DNA of 64,000 nucleotides from Candidatus Eiseniibacteriota bacterium (GCA_025360715.1 JANYBS010000031.1:1708-65707), one strand, 5' to 3'. Shown: positions 8,748 to 19,400, counted from the stretch's first letter. Numbers and translations: made by a program. Notes: a model not told the origin generated them from the letters alone.

Positions 8748-10346
8748 ATGCCGAACGACGTCCCACGCCGGATCCTATGGGCCGACGACGAGATCGATCT
8801 CCTCAAGCCGCACATCCGTTTCCTCGAGCAGAAGGGCTACGCGGTCACGCCCGTGCTCAATGGCGAAGACGCGCTCGCCCGCATCGAGGCGGAGCGCTTC
8901 GATGTGCTGCTGCTCGACGAGATGATGCCGGGCATGGGCGGGCTCGAGACGCTTGCGCAACTCAAGGCGCGCGAGATCAACCTGCCGGTGATCCTCATCA
9001 CCAAGAGCGAAGAAGAGACGCTCATGGAAGAGGCGATCGGCAAGCGCATCACCGATTACCTGATCAAGCCGGTGAACCCCTCGCAGGTATTCCTGGCCTG
9101 CAAACGCGTGTTCGATTCGCAGAAACTGCAGGATTCGCAGCGCGCCCGCGACTACGTGGGCGAGATGCAGCGTTGGCAGACCATGGACATCCGCCATCTG
9201 GACTGGGCAGGCTGGGCCGCGCTCGCGGTGGATGTGGCCAAGTGGGACGTGGGCCTGGACGGCGCGCCCGAGGCGGGCCTGCAGCAGGCGCATGGGGATT
9301 TCCGGCGCAGCCTCAACATCGATTTCAGCCGCTTCATCGAGGACAAGTACCCGGGCTGGGTAGCGACTGCGGCCAAGGGATCCGATGAGAACCGCCCGCC
9401 GCTGTCATGCGATGTGGTGCGCCACAAGGTGGTACCCGAACTCAGGGCAGGCAAACGCGTCGTGTTCATCGTGATCGACTGCATGCGGCTCGACCAATGG
9501 TTCACTTTGGAGCCATTGCTGGAGGACTGGTTCGATATCGAGCGTGATTACTACTGCTCGATCGTGCCCACCGCCACGCCGTATTCGCGCAATTCGATCT
9601 TCTCGGGGCTCCTGCCGGCGCAGTTATGGAAGAAGCACCCGGACCTGTGGCAGGAGAACACGCACGACGAGCGCACGCGCAACCGCTTCGAGCGCCAGTT
9701 CATGGACTTCCAGCTCGAACGTCTGGGCGCCACGCCGGCGCGGCCGCCGAAGTATCTCAAGATCTACGACCAGGACGAGGCCATCAACACGCGGCGCCAG
9801 ATCAATTCATTCTCCGGCGTACCGCTGGTCTCGATGGTCTTCAACTTCCTCGATATCCTCGCGCACGGCCGCTCCGAGAGCGAGATCCTGCAGGAACTCG
9901 CGCCCGATGAAGCGGCGTTCCGCGCGGTCATGAAGGCGTGGTTCACGCACTCGCCGCTCTACGAGATCTTCCAAGCGCTCTCCACGCAGGACTGCACGGT
10001 GGTCGTGACCACCGACCACGGCGCGGTGCTGGGAAAGCGCGCGGCGCTCGTGTACGGCAATCGTGACACGTCGACCAACCTGCGCTACAAGTTCGGCATC
10101 AACCTGAACACAGATGTGAAGCAGGCGATCATCATCCGCAAGCCCATGGACTATCAGCTGCCCGATGACGGCGTGAACAAGAACTACGTGCTCGCGCGCG
10201 AGGACTACTATTTCGTGTATCCCACGAAATTCCACGAGTACGAACGCCAGTACCGTGGTTCGCTGCAGCATGGCGGCGTGTCGGTCGAAGAGATGATCCT
10301 GCCACTCATGACGCTGCGCCCCAAGGCGCCGCGGCCCGGAGCGTGA
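8748..10346 (+). CDS. PorX-like response regulator: CheY receiver plus C-terminal PglZ (alkaline-phosphatase-superfamily) domain, no DNA-binding domain
   Basis: Receiver ILWADDEIDLLK...VLLLDEMMPGMGG...LIKP. PglZ-like segment VFIVIDCMRLDQW...TATPYSRNSIFSG...VVVTTDHGAV. Confidence 0.85.
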   Translation: MPNDVPRRILWADDEIDLLKPHIRFLEQKGYAVTPVLNGEDALARIEAERFDVLLLDEMMPGMGGLETLAQLKAREINLPVILITKSEEETLMEEAIGKRITDYLIKPVNPSQVFLACKRVFDSQKLQDSQRARDYVGEMQRWQTMDIRHLDWAGWAALAVDVAKWDVGLDGAPEAGLQQAHGDFRRSLNIDFSRFIEDKYPGWVATAAKGSDENRPPLSCDVVRHKVVPELRAGKRVVFIVIDCMRLDQWFTLEPLLEDWFDIERDYYCSIVPTATPYSRNSIFSGLLPAQLWKKHPDLWQENTHDERTRNRFERQFMDFQLERLGATPARPPKYLKIYDQDEAINTRRQINSFSGVPLVSMVFNFLDILAHGRSESEILQELAPDEAAFRAVMKAWFTHSPLYEIFQALSTQDCTVVVTTDHGAVLGKRAALVYGNRDTSTNLRYKFGINLNTDVKQAIIIRKPMDYQLPDDGVNKNYVLAREDYYFVYPTKFHEYERQYRGSLQHGGVSVEEMILPLMTLRPKAPRPGA

Positions 10347-10375
10347 CGCGGGCCTCAGGGCCAGCGGAACCGCGC

Positions 10376-10852
10376 ATGTCCGGAAGCCTGGTGCGGCATA
10401 CGGATTCGGTCGAGGCGACCGGTCGTCTTGGTGCGGCCTTCGCTATCGAGCTGCGCGTGGGCGATGTCGTGGCGCTGCGAGGCGACCTTGGCGCGGGCAA
10501 GACGCGCTTCGTGGCCGGTATGGTGCACGCGTTCGATCCGCACGCGCGCGTGCGCAGCCCGAGCTTCACGCTCGTGAACGAATACCTGCTGGCCACGCCG
10601 ATCTTTCATCTGGACCTGTACCGTTTGGAGCGCTCGAGCGAGACCGACAGCTTGGGGCTCGAGGAATACGCTTCACGCGGCGCGCTCATCGTGGAGTGGG
10701 GCGAGCGCTTGCCCGCGTCGTGGCTCGCCGAGGCGCTCATGATCGCGATCACGTCGGGCGAGGGCGACCAGCGGACGTTCCACGCGAGCGCCTTCGGCGG
10801 CCGCGGCAAGGAGCTTCTCGAAGCTTGGCGCGCGCTGCCGGAGGCGCCGTGA
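10376..10852 (+). CDS. tsaE: tRNA t6A37 biosynthesis ATPase TsaE (YjeE)
   Basis: P-loop GDLGAGKT. Typical TsaE length. Start at Met 12 of the track ORF, just after the PorX-like stop. Confidence 0.8.
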   Translation: MSGSLVRHTDSVEATGRLGAAFAIELRVGDVVALRGDLGAGKTRFVAGMVHAFDPHARVRSPSFTLVNEYLLATPIFHLDLYRLERSSETDSLGLEEYASRGALIVEWGERLPASWLAEALMIAITSGEGDQRTFHASAFGGRGKELLEAWRALPEAP

Positions 10853-12030
10853 ACGGACTCGCGATCGAGTCCGCCACCGATCACGTGGAGGTCGCGGCCG
10901 TTTACGGTGAGGCTGTGATGGCGCACCGCATCGAGGAAGTCGGCCACGGGCACACGCGCAGACTCGCCGCGATCTGCGAAGACGTGCTTACCGAAGCGCG
11001 GCTGGCGCCCAAGGACCTTGCGTGGGTCGCCGCCGATCTGGGCCCCGGCTCGTTCACCGGTGTGCGCGTGGGGCTCGCAACCGCGCGCGCGTATGCGTTC
11101 GCGGGCGGCGCCAAGGTGCTCGGCGCCTCGAGCCTGGCCTCCCTTGCGCAGGCGGCCCCGGCGCGCCGCGCGCTCGTGGTGCCGCTCGTGGGCGCCGGCC
11201 GGCGCGATGTCTACGCAGGCTTCTTCCGCCGCGGCGCGCGCGGACCGGCCATCCTGGTGGCCGCGCCGCGCGTGCTGCCGGCCGACGCGCTGCTCGACGC
11301 GGTCGCCGAGGTGCATTCGGTGGTGCCCGAGCTTGCTGTGCGCTTCGTGGGTCCGGGCGCGGGGCGCGAGCAGGAGCGGCTGGAAGCGCGGTATCCCACA
11401 TCGACCGCACTCGCCTTTCGGCATGATGGCCTCTCGGCGCTCGATCTGGCTGCTGCGGTGCGGTCGGGGCTTGGCGCGGGCCACGGACTGCCGGCCGCCG
11501 GCCGCGAGGCCGAGCCGCTCTACGTGCGCTCCGCGCAAGCCGAGGAGCGCGTGCGTCACGCGGCGATGAGCCACATCGAGGTCGCCGTGCGCCACACCGT
11601 ATTGAGTGACGTGCCGGTGATCAGCGCGCTCGAGCAGCACATCTATTCCGACGCTTGGGAAACCACCTTCTTCCACAGCCTGCTGCGCCAGAAGGGCGGC
11701 TTCTCGCGCGTGGTCGATCGCAGCGGCGAGCTTGCCGGGTATCTCTTTGCGCGCATGCTGCCGCCGGGTTGCGACCTGGAGAACATCGCGGTCTCGCCGC
11801 TGCATCGCCGCGCAGGCGTGGCGCGGATGCTGCTCGCAGCACTGTTCGACGGCTGCCGCGCGAACGGTGTGAACCACGTGATGCTCGAAGTGCGCGTGAG
11901 CAATGACAACGCCCAGGCTCTGTACCGCAGCCTGGGCTTTCGGTTGGTGGGCCTGCGCCGCGGTTACTACACCGATCCCGAAGAGGACGCGCTGCTCATG
12001 CGCATCGAGGTGCCGCGCGCGAGCGGGTAG
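10849..12030 (+). CDS. tsaB: TsaB (YeaZ)–RimI (GNAT ribosomal-protein-alanine acetyltransferase) fusion protein
   Basis: GTG at 10849 overlaps the tsaE TGA (GTGA). N-terminal VNGLAIESATDHVEVAAV...DLGPGSFTGVRVG matches the TsaB fold. The C-terminal ~150 aa is a GNAT/RimI domain (NIAVSPLHRRAGVARMLL...MLEVRVSNDNAQALYRSLGF). There is no stop codon between the two domains. Confidence 0.75.
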   Translation: MNGLAIESATDHVEVAAVYGEAVMAHRIEEVGHGHTRRLAAICEDVLTEARLAPKDLAWVAADLGPGSFTGVRVGLATARAYAFAGGAKVLGASSLASLAQAAPARRALVVPLVGAGRRDVYAGFFRRGARGPAILVAAPRVLPADALLDAVAEVHSVVPELAVRFVGPGAGREQERLEARYPTSTALAFRHDGLSALDLAAAVRSGLGAGHGLPAAGREAEPLYVRSAQAEERVRHAAMSHIEVAVRHTVLSDVPVISALEQHIYSDAWETTFFHSLLRQKGGFSRVVDRSGELAGYLFARMLPPGCDLENIAVSPLHRRAGVARMLLAALFDGCRANGVNHVMLEVRVSNDNAQALYRSLGFRLVGLRRGYYTDPEEDALLMRIEVPRASG

Positions 12031-12048
12031 CCCGGCGCGGGCCCGGCG

Positions 12049-13092
12049 TCACAGCCCGTCGTACTTGGAGTAGCCGCGCTCGTTCCAGTAGTCCGCGGGT
12101 TCCTTGGCGGTGTACGCGATCTCGGTGATCGCCTTGATATTCTTAAGGCCCAGCTTCATCGGGACCAGCAATCGCATGGGCGCGCCGTGTTCGATGGGCA
12201 GCGGCTGGCCGCCCAGCTGCGTCGCCAGCAGTGTCTGCGGATGCCGTGCGGTCTCGAGGTCGATCGAGACGTAATAGGGATCGGGATGGCCGTGGGCATC
12301 CCGGTTGACCGCCGAACGCATCGCGGCCCACTTCGCGCCGGGTGCGGGCGGGAACGCCGCGAGGAAGTCGGCGAAGCGGATGCCGCCCCACCACGCGACG
12401 GCGCTCCAGCCCTCGACGCACACGAAACGCGTGACCTGCTCGTGCGTGGCGAAGCGCGCCAGGTCATTCACGCCCAGGCGCTCGATGCGGCCCGACGCGA
12501 GGCCCGAGATCTGCAGTTGCCACGTGGGCAGGTACGCGGGGTCCGGCGTCTGGCCATCGTAATTATTGCGCAGCGGTGTGACCTCGGATCTCGCATACGT
12601 GCGGATCGTGCGGTCTTTTGAATACAGCGCCTCGGCCACATCGTCGTCGAATGTGAGCGAGCCATCGAGCAGCTTGCCGCGGCGCTCCGAAGTGAGCCCC
12701 ACGCGCGCGGCCAGTGTATCGAGCGCGTCGTGGCCGGCCTGCAGAGGCAGGTGCGATTTGGTGCGCGACGGCAGCAGCCACCACGCGCCGAGGGCGGCGG
12801 CCGCGACGCCCGCGCCATACAACAGGAAGTCGCGGCGCGTCTGCGCGGCGAGCTTGCGGCGTGGCAGGGCGATGGCGACCTCGGGGCGCTCTTCAATGGG
12901 CGAGAGCTTGCGCGGCGCGGGTCGCGCCGGTGCCGGCGCGGGCTGCGCGGGTGGTTCTGCGGCGGCCGGTGCCTGTTCGGCCGCGGGCGCTTCCGGCACC
13001 GCGGCAGGCTCGGGCGTCACCGCCGGCGTCGCCTCCGGCGCTGCGTCAGCCGCATCCTCGCGCGGCGTGTCGTCATGCATGTCCATCGCCAT
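12049..13092 (-). CDS. msrP: Tat-exported molybdopterin oxidoreductase of the sulfite-oxidase family (MsrP/YedY-like)
   Basis: Twin-arginine motif TRRDFLLYGAGVAAAALGA. Mo-binding core FVCVEGWSAVAWWGGIRF. Preceded by an unusual ~85-aa Pro/Ala/Glu-rich N-terminal extension. Confidence 0.85.
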   Translation of the reverse strand: MAMDMHDDTPREDAADAAPEATPAVTPEPAAVPEAPAAEQAPAAAEPPAQPAPAPARPAPRKLSPIEERPEVAIALPRRKLAAQTRRDFLLYGAGVAAAALGAWWLLPSRTKSHLPLQAGHDALDTLAARVGLTSERRGKLLDGSLTFDDDVAEALYSKDRTIRTYARSEVTPLRNNYDGQTPDPAYLPTWQLQISGLASGRIERLGVNDLARFATHEQVTRFVCVEGWSAVAWWGGIRFADFLAAFPPAPGAKWAAMRSAVNRDAHGHPDPYYVSIDLETARHPQTLLATQLGGQPLPIEHGAPMRLLVPMKLGLKNIKAITEIAYTAKEPADYWNERGYSKYDGL

Positions 13093-13861
13093 CCTCCTTC
13101 ACCCGTGCGGACCAGCCCGTGATCATGGACCGAAATGTGTCGAAGCCATCGGCGATGACCAGGATCACGTGCGGCACCACGAACGTGCCGAGCACAAGCA
13201 TGCTCACGAAGTGCACGATGCGTGCGCCGTCGTAGTTCACGAACAGCCGCTCGAGCCAGCCGAGCATCGCGGGCTTGTGCATGGCCCAGCCGGAGGCCAC
13301 CACGAGCGCGCCGAAGATCGGCATGGAGAAATAGGCCGCGCGCTGCAGGGCGTTGTACTTGAACGCGATCTTCGGATGCGGATTCGGCTTGCGCAGCACC
13401 AGGCTCGGCACGGCGTTCAGGTAATAGCGCAGCATGGCCACGGCCTCGGCGGGATCGGTCCCGCGAGGCAGCAGCGCGCGCCAGCCGCCGCCGGCGGCCA
13501 AGCCCAGCGCGTAGAGCGCGCCGTTGATCATGAACAGGTACGCGAACAGCCAATGAATACTCAGCGCCGATGCCAGCGAAGACGTGCCCAGGCTGAAATG
13601 GTTGTAGATCCAGTTGCGCGGGTCGTCGTGGGTGTCGTGCAGCAATCGTGCGATGAACACGCTCACATCGCCCAAGCCATCGTGCGTGTGCGTGACCGGG
13701 TTCCACGGATGCATGAACACCGGCGCGGCCCAATAGATGCTCAGGCCCGTCACCAGCAGTCCGAACAGCAATGGGATATTCACCCAGTGGGTGATCCGCA
13801 CGAGCCCATGATGCTTGGGCACGACGCGAACGGTGTCGGTGCTCTGGGGAGCTCGGCTCAT
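13073..13861 (-). CDS. Cytochrome b561-family membrane heme protein, likely the redox partner of MsrP (MsrQ-like role)
   Basis: ATG at Met 53 of the track ORF. HWVNIPLLFGLLVTGLSIYW and several His-containing TM helices. Overlaps the msrP start by 20 nt. Confidence 0.72.
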   Translation of the reverse strand: MSRAPQSTDTVRVVPKHHGLVRITHWVNIPLLFGLLVTGLSIYWAAPVFMHPWNPVTHTHDGLGDVSVFIARLLHDTHDDPRNWIYNHFSLGTSSLASALSIHWLFAYLFMINGALYALGLAAGGGWRALLPRGTDPAEAVAMLRYYLNAVPSLVLRKPNPHPKIAFKYNALQRAAYFSMPIFGALVVASGWAMHKPAMLGWLERLFVNYDGARIVHFVSMLVLGTFVVPHVILVIADGFDTFRSMITGWSARVKEDGDGHA

Positions 13862-14166
13862 CGGCTTGTGGACCTCGCAAGGGGTGCGGCGGGTAGGACG
13901 GACGAAGGCGTTACGCGATGGGGCCGCTCGCGTGACGGAAGCCTTGCGTGCGCTTGACCTTGTGCGCGGCGCGCGGGCCGCAATATGCCACACGCCGGGG
14001 TGCCCGCGCAGCGCCAAGCGCTTCCGGCCGAGCCCGGTAATGCGCTGGCGGGCGGGGCGTCCCGGTATTATCGTGCCGCGACTGGCTTTGTACTCGAGCG
14101 ATCACTTCCGGCAGCTTGGCGCCTTCGTCGGCGGCTGCGCCGGCTCACACATATGAAGGTACGCCC

Positions 14167-15090
14167 ATGTCCTGGTTGAAACGCGAACGCACCGGCATCA
14201 AGACCACGACCAAACCCGACCGGCCGGAACTGCCGGAGGGGTTGTGGACGAAGTGTGACGATTGCGGCGAAGCGCTCTTCCAGACCGTCCTCGAAGACAA
14301 CCTTTGGACCTGCCCGCACTGCAGCCATCACTTCCGCGTGCCCGCTCGCACCTACATCGGCTACCTCACGGACGAGGGCAGTTTTCGAGAGCGCCACGCG
14401 AACCTGGTGGCCGGTGATCCGCTGGAGTTCCGCGACGCCAAGATGAAGTACCCCGACCGCCTCGCTGCGGCGCAGCGCGACACCGGCGAGAAAGACGCGT
14501 GCATCTCCGGCGTGGCCACGATCGGCGGCGTGCCGGTGAGCCTGGCGGTGATGAACTTCTTCTTCATGGGCGGCAGCATGGGCTCGGTCGTGGGCGAAAA
14601 AGTCGCGCGTGCGATCGAGGACGGCATGCGCGAGCGCCGGGCAGTGGTCGTGGTCTCGGCCACGGGCGGCGCGCGCATGCAGGAAGGCATCCTTTCGCTC
14701 ATGCAGATGGCCAAGACCAGCGTGCTACTGGCACAGTTGCGCGAACAGCGCGTCCCGTTCGTCTCTCTCTTGACCGATCCCTCGACGGCGGGCGTGCTGG
14801 CGTCGTATGCATCACTGGGCGATCTGATCATCGCCGAGCCCAAGGCGCTGGTCGGTTTCGCCGGTGCGCGCGTGATCCGGCAGACGATCGGTGAGGACCT
14901 GCCACCGGGCTTTCAGCGCGCCGAGTTCGTGCTCGAGAAGGGCTTCATCGACCGGATCGTGCACCGCAAGCAGATGCGCGAACAGGTCGGGCAGTCGTTG
15001 GGCTTCTTCTGGCATTCGACGCGGGGTTTCGCGCCCGAGGGCGCGCCATCACCGCACGCCTACGACCCGAACGCTCCCCGTTCGTCCTGA
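14167..15090 (+). CDS. accD: Acetyl-CoA carboxylase carboxyltransferase beta subunit
   Basis: MSWLKRER..., Zn-finger CDDCGEALF...CPHCSHH, and carboxyltransferase core GGSMGSVVGEK...GGARMQEG. Confidence 0.9.
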   Translation: MSWLKRERTGIKTTTKPDRPELPEGLWTKCDDCGEALFQTVLEDNLWTCPHCSHHFRVPARTYIGYLTDEGSFRERHANLVAGDPLEFRDAKMKYPDRLAAAQRDTGEKDACISGVATIGGVPVSLAVMNFFFMGGSMGSVVGEKVARAIEDGMRERRAVVVVSATGGARMQEGILSLMQMAKTSVLLAQLREQRVPFVSLLTDPSTAGVLASYASLGDLIIAEPKALVGFAGARVIRQTIGEDLPPGFQRAEFVLEKGFIDRIVHRKQMREQVGQSLGFFWHSTRGFAPEGAPSPHAYDPNAPRSS

Positions 15091-15109
15091 GCCTTCGCCA
15101 GATCCTATC

Positions 15110-16429
15110 GTGACCCATTCGCTGCAGCGCCAACTCGAAGCCCTCTACGGTCTCGAGCGCCGGCGCGACAAGCTCGGCTTGGACGGCACCCGCGCACTGC
15201 TCGCCGCGCTCGGCGACCCGCACACGCGCTTCCGCTGCGTGCATGTGGCCGGCACGAACGGCAAGGGCTCGGCATGTGCGCTCATCGAGCGCGTGCTGCG
15301 CGCGGCTGGTGCTCGCTCGGGCCTCTTCACGTCGCCGCATCTGGTGGACTTCCGCGAGCGCTTCCGCGTGCGCGGCCACTGGGGCGACGAGGCCACGCTG
15401 AGCGCGCGTCTCGCGTATGTCGAATCGCTGCCCCAAGCGCAGGACCGCACCTTCTTCGAGGTGGCGACCGCGCTGGGCTTCGATTGGTTCGCATCGCAGA
15501 AGGTGGATTGGGCGGTGCTGGAAGTCGGCTTGGGCGGGCGCTTGGATACCACCAACGTGGTCACTCCCAAGGTCTGCGCGATCACATCGATCGGGCTCGA
15601 CCACGCCGAGATACTGGGCGACTCGCACGAGAAGATCGCCGCCGAGAAGGCGGGTATCCTCAAACCCGGCGTGCCGGCGATCTCGGGAGTCGAGCACGAC
15701 GCGGCGGCCAGCACGATCGCGCGCATCGCCCGCGAAGTCGGTGCGCCGCTCGTGCAGGCGCGCGACGTGGTCGACGTGAAGGATACGATCTACGGCCCGT
15801 GGGGCACGCGACTATCGATCGAGTGCGAGCCGTGGGGGCGCTTCCAGTTGCAGACCACGCTGCGCGGCAGCCATCAGCGCGAGAACGCGCGCGTCGCGAT
15901 CGCGGTACTGGCGCAACTCACGCAGCAAGGCGTGCCCTTGCCGCTGGCCGCGCTGCGCGAGGGCTTCGCTGCCACACGTTGGCCCGGGCGGCTGGAGCCT
16001 TCGCCCACCGTGCGGCGGCTGTGGTGGGACGGCGCACACAACCTGGATGGCGTGCGCCGCCTGGCGCAGGCGTGGCGCGATGAGATGCAACTCGAGCCGC
16101 CATTCGCGGTGGTGTTCGCAGTCGCGCGTGACAAAGACGCACTGGCCATGCTGCGCCGGTTGCAGAGCTTCGCACCCAGCGCGCGGTTCATCCTCACGCG
16201 CACGCGCAACGAACGCGCGCTGCCGGTGGATGTGCTGCAGGAACACGCGAAGAGCATAGGGCTGATCGCCGAGACGGCGCCAAGCGTTGAGGCAGCGCTG
16301 CGTCCGCTCTTGGATCACGGCGACGATGGCCGCGGCAAGGCGGCGGGCCGTGTGCTCCTCGCGGGCTCGCTCTTCGCCGTGGGCGAAGCGATGGAAGCGT
16401 TTGGCGGCGCGCCAGGAGATGTGCAGTGA
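15110..16429 (+). CDS. folC: Dihydrofolate synthase / folylpolyglutamate synthase (Mur ligase family)
   Basis: GTG at Val 74 of the track ORF, 20 nt after the accD stop. P-loop VAGTNGKGS. Mur-ligase middle and C-terminal motifs. Confidence 0.82.
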   Translation: MTHSLQRQLEALYGLERRRDKLGLDGTRALLAALGDPHTRFRCVHVAGTNGKGSACALIERVLRAAGARSGLFTSPHLVDFRERFRVRGHWGDEATLSARLAYVESLPQAQDRTFFEVATALGFDWFASQKVDWAVLEVGLGGRLDTTNVVTPKVCAITSIGLDHAEILGDSHEKIAAEKAGILKPGVPAISGVEHDAAASTIARIAREVGAPLVQARDVVDVKDTIYGPWGTRLSIECEPWGRFQLQTTLRGSHQRENARVAIAVLAQLTQQGVPLPLAALREGFAATRWPGRLEPSPTVRRLWWDGAHNLDGVRRLAQAWRDEMQLEPPFAVVFAVARDKDALAMLRRLQSFAPSARFILTRTRNERALPVDVLQEHAKSIGLIAETAPSVEAALRPLLDHGDDGRGKAAGRVLLAGSLFAVGEAMEAFGGAPGDVQ

Positions 16430-19400
16430 GCCGCCTGCGCGCGATCTCCTGCGTCGCGCTGCGTGCCGCCGCGTGGGCAGCGCTCCTGTGCGCCACGTTC
16501 ATGCTGGCACCCGGCATTCGCTCCGCGAATGCCGCTGCGGAGGAGCCGCCTTTCCACATCACCGCCAACAACATGACCGGCGGCCGCGAGCCCAGCGGCG
16601 ACGTGCTGTACCTGAACGGCGACATCCGCGTCACGCGCGGCAAGACGCTCCTCACCGCCGATGCCGGCCGATACCTGCGCGCCACGGGGATGATCGACCT
16701 GAACGGCCATGTGAAGCTCGTGGACTCGACGACCACCGTCACGTGCGAACACGCGCAGTTCTCGGAGAACGACGACCGCCTGAACCTGGACGGCAACGTG
16801 GTGATCGTCGACAAGACGGCGACGCTGCGCGCGCCGACCGGCTGGTACGACCGCAAGAACGGACTCGCGCATCTCTCCGGCGGCGTCACGGGCAGTGAGA
16901 AGCTCCAGCGCCTGTCGGCCGATGAGGTCACCTACCTGCGCGATTCGCTGCTCGTGCAGGCGCGCGGGCGCGTGAAGGGCTTCGACGACGAGAACAAGGT
17001 GGAGCTGAGCGCGCGCTCGGTGGACTTCTACCGCAAGACGAAGATCGCGGTCGCGACGGGCGACCCCGAGATGCGTTCCAAGGATACGGACGGCCAGACG
17101 AGCATCCTGCGCGCGCGCCTGCTGCGTGTGGACTCCGATGCCAAGACCGCCGAGGCGATCGATTCGGTGACGGTGGAGCGCGACACGCTGCGCGCGCGCG
17201 CCGATCGCGCGTTCTTCGACGACAGGCAAGGCCGCGGGCTCATGCTCGGCTCGCCGCGCGCGTACGACAACGAGACGAGCGTGAGCGGTGACACGCTGGA
17301 GTTGCTGTCGGACAACCACAAGCTGCGCAAGGTCGTCGTGCACAGCAATGCCACCATGGACTACCTGGGCCGGCGCGAGACGAACAGCGGCGAGACCAGC
17401 CGGCTGAGCGGCGCGCGCATCGAGGCCTATGTGGTGGAGGACCGCATCGACAGCCTGCGCGCCACCGGCGCGGCGCGAAACGGATATTCGTCGCCGAGCA
17501 AGGCCGGTAAGACGAACGAGACCAACCAGGCCAGTGGCGATACCATCCTGGTTTATTTCAAGGACAAGAAGATCGACCGCGCCCGCGTGATCGGCACCGC
17601 CTCGGGCGAGTACCGGCCGTCGGTCGCGAAGGACGACACGACCGCGGTGATCAACGAGGTCGTGCGCTACGACGGCAAGAAGATCGACTTCGTGGTGCCC
17701 AAGAACACCATCGTGCTCGACGGCGACGCGCACCTGACTTACCGCGAGATGGAACTCACCGCCAAGCGCGTGGAGTTCGACAGCGACAAGCAGACGCTGG
17801 TGGCCACCGGTAAGCCGCAGTTGCAGGACCGCGGCGATAAGGTCGACGGCCACCTCATGAGCTATGACATGCAGACGCGCACGGGCACGATCTACCAGGC
17901 GCAGACGGCGTACGAGAAGGGTCTGTACCGCGGCCAGCGAATTCGCAAAGCGGGCGACAATGAACTCGATGTGCTGGGCGGCTCGTACAGCACCTGCGAT
18001 CTCGACGAGCCGCACTATCACTTCTCGGCGCGCTGGATGAAGATCTATCTCAAAGACAAGCTCGTCGCGAAGCCGGTGGTGTTCTATCTGCGCAACGTGC
18101 CGATCTTCGCGCTGCCGTTCTACGTCTTCCCGATCAAGCCGGGCCGGCACTCGGGGTTCCTGTTCCCGCAGTTCGAGCTGGGATTCAACAACAAGTCGGG
18201 CCAGTTCCTGCGCAACGCCGGTTACTACTGGGCGCCCAACGACTACTTCGACCTCACCGGCGCCGCGGACTATTATCAGGCCGCGCCGTCGTATGCGATC
18301 CGCGGGGAGGGCAACTACAAGCTCTTGTATCGCTTCGACGGGCACTTCGAGGGGCGCTTCGAGCACAACGACGCCACGGGCCGCGATGACTACGTGTTCG
18401 ACGGCACGCACCAGCAGGACGTGACGCCGCGCACGCGGCTCACCGCGCAGGGCAACTTCGTCTCGAGCCGCGACTACAACAACAGCGCATTCTCGGGCGC
18501 CACGCTCGAGCAGCGGCTCAACCGCTTCCTGCGCTCGAACATCTCGATCTCGCATTCCGCGGACTGGGCGGCGTTCAACGCAGTCATCGACCGCAACCAG
18601 GATCTGGACGCCGACCAGTCGATCGTCTACTCGTCGGCGAACGGCGCCTCCACCGCGCCAGCCATCGGCCAGCGCGCGAGCCTGGCGAACCTGAGCGTGT
18701 CGTCGCCCAACCTGAGCGTGAGCTTTCCCACGCGCACGCTGGGCAGCTACGCCTTCCTGAAAGACCGGCCGCTCGGCAAGGCGCTGCAGACGACTTACTT
18801 CAGCCTCAACACCCAGTTCCTCTCGCAGAGCACCCGGCAGGCGTTCGTGAAGAACTACCTCGTCACCAACGGCGGGCTCGACTCCTCGACCGTGCTCGAT
18901 CAGCAGGTGCTCACGCGCCGCGGATTCCGCACCAATGTGTCGATCAGCGATTCACGCCGCGCGTTCGGTTGGCTGAACATCGCTCCTGGCGTGAATGCCA
19001 CGGGCGTGGTGTTCGACTTCGACGAACAGGGTCGCAAGGTCGTGCCGGCCGCGGTGTGGTCATCGCAGTTGTCCATGTCGAGCACGTTCTACGGCACGTT
19101 CAAGCCGCCCATCCCCAAGTTGGTGGGCTTGCGGCACGTGATCGCGCCGGCGCTGTCGTTCAGCTACAGCCCCGATTTCTCGGGCCTGCAGTACACCGAC
19201 ACGGCGGGCGTGCGCCGCAACCGCTTCAATGGCTTCGGCGGCATCTCGATCTCGGGCTTCAAGAGCGCGAATATGAACTTCAGCCTGGACCAGCGCTTCC
19301 AGGTGAAGCTCAAGGACCACGATCAGGTCACGCGCCTCGACAACCTGTTGAGCATGACCACATCGGGCTCGTACAACTTCCTCTATCAGGAAGCGCACCA

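Noticed and set aside
16315-18555. Long antisense ORFs opposite clear genes (this one opposite lptD). Others are 21741..24002 opposite copA, 31846..34248 opposite the kinase, 36043..39231 and 38669..40231 opposite the cytochrome paralogs, 44051..45955 opposite DUF4097/bactofilin, 52353..54494 opposite the coiled-coil gene, 10606..11877 opposite tsaB, and 12566..13957 opposite msrPQ.
   Set aside because: Arg/Ala/Gly-rich low-complexity translations with no domain motifs, as expected in a ~70% GC genome. The opposite strand carries genes with unmistakable family motifs.
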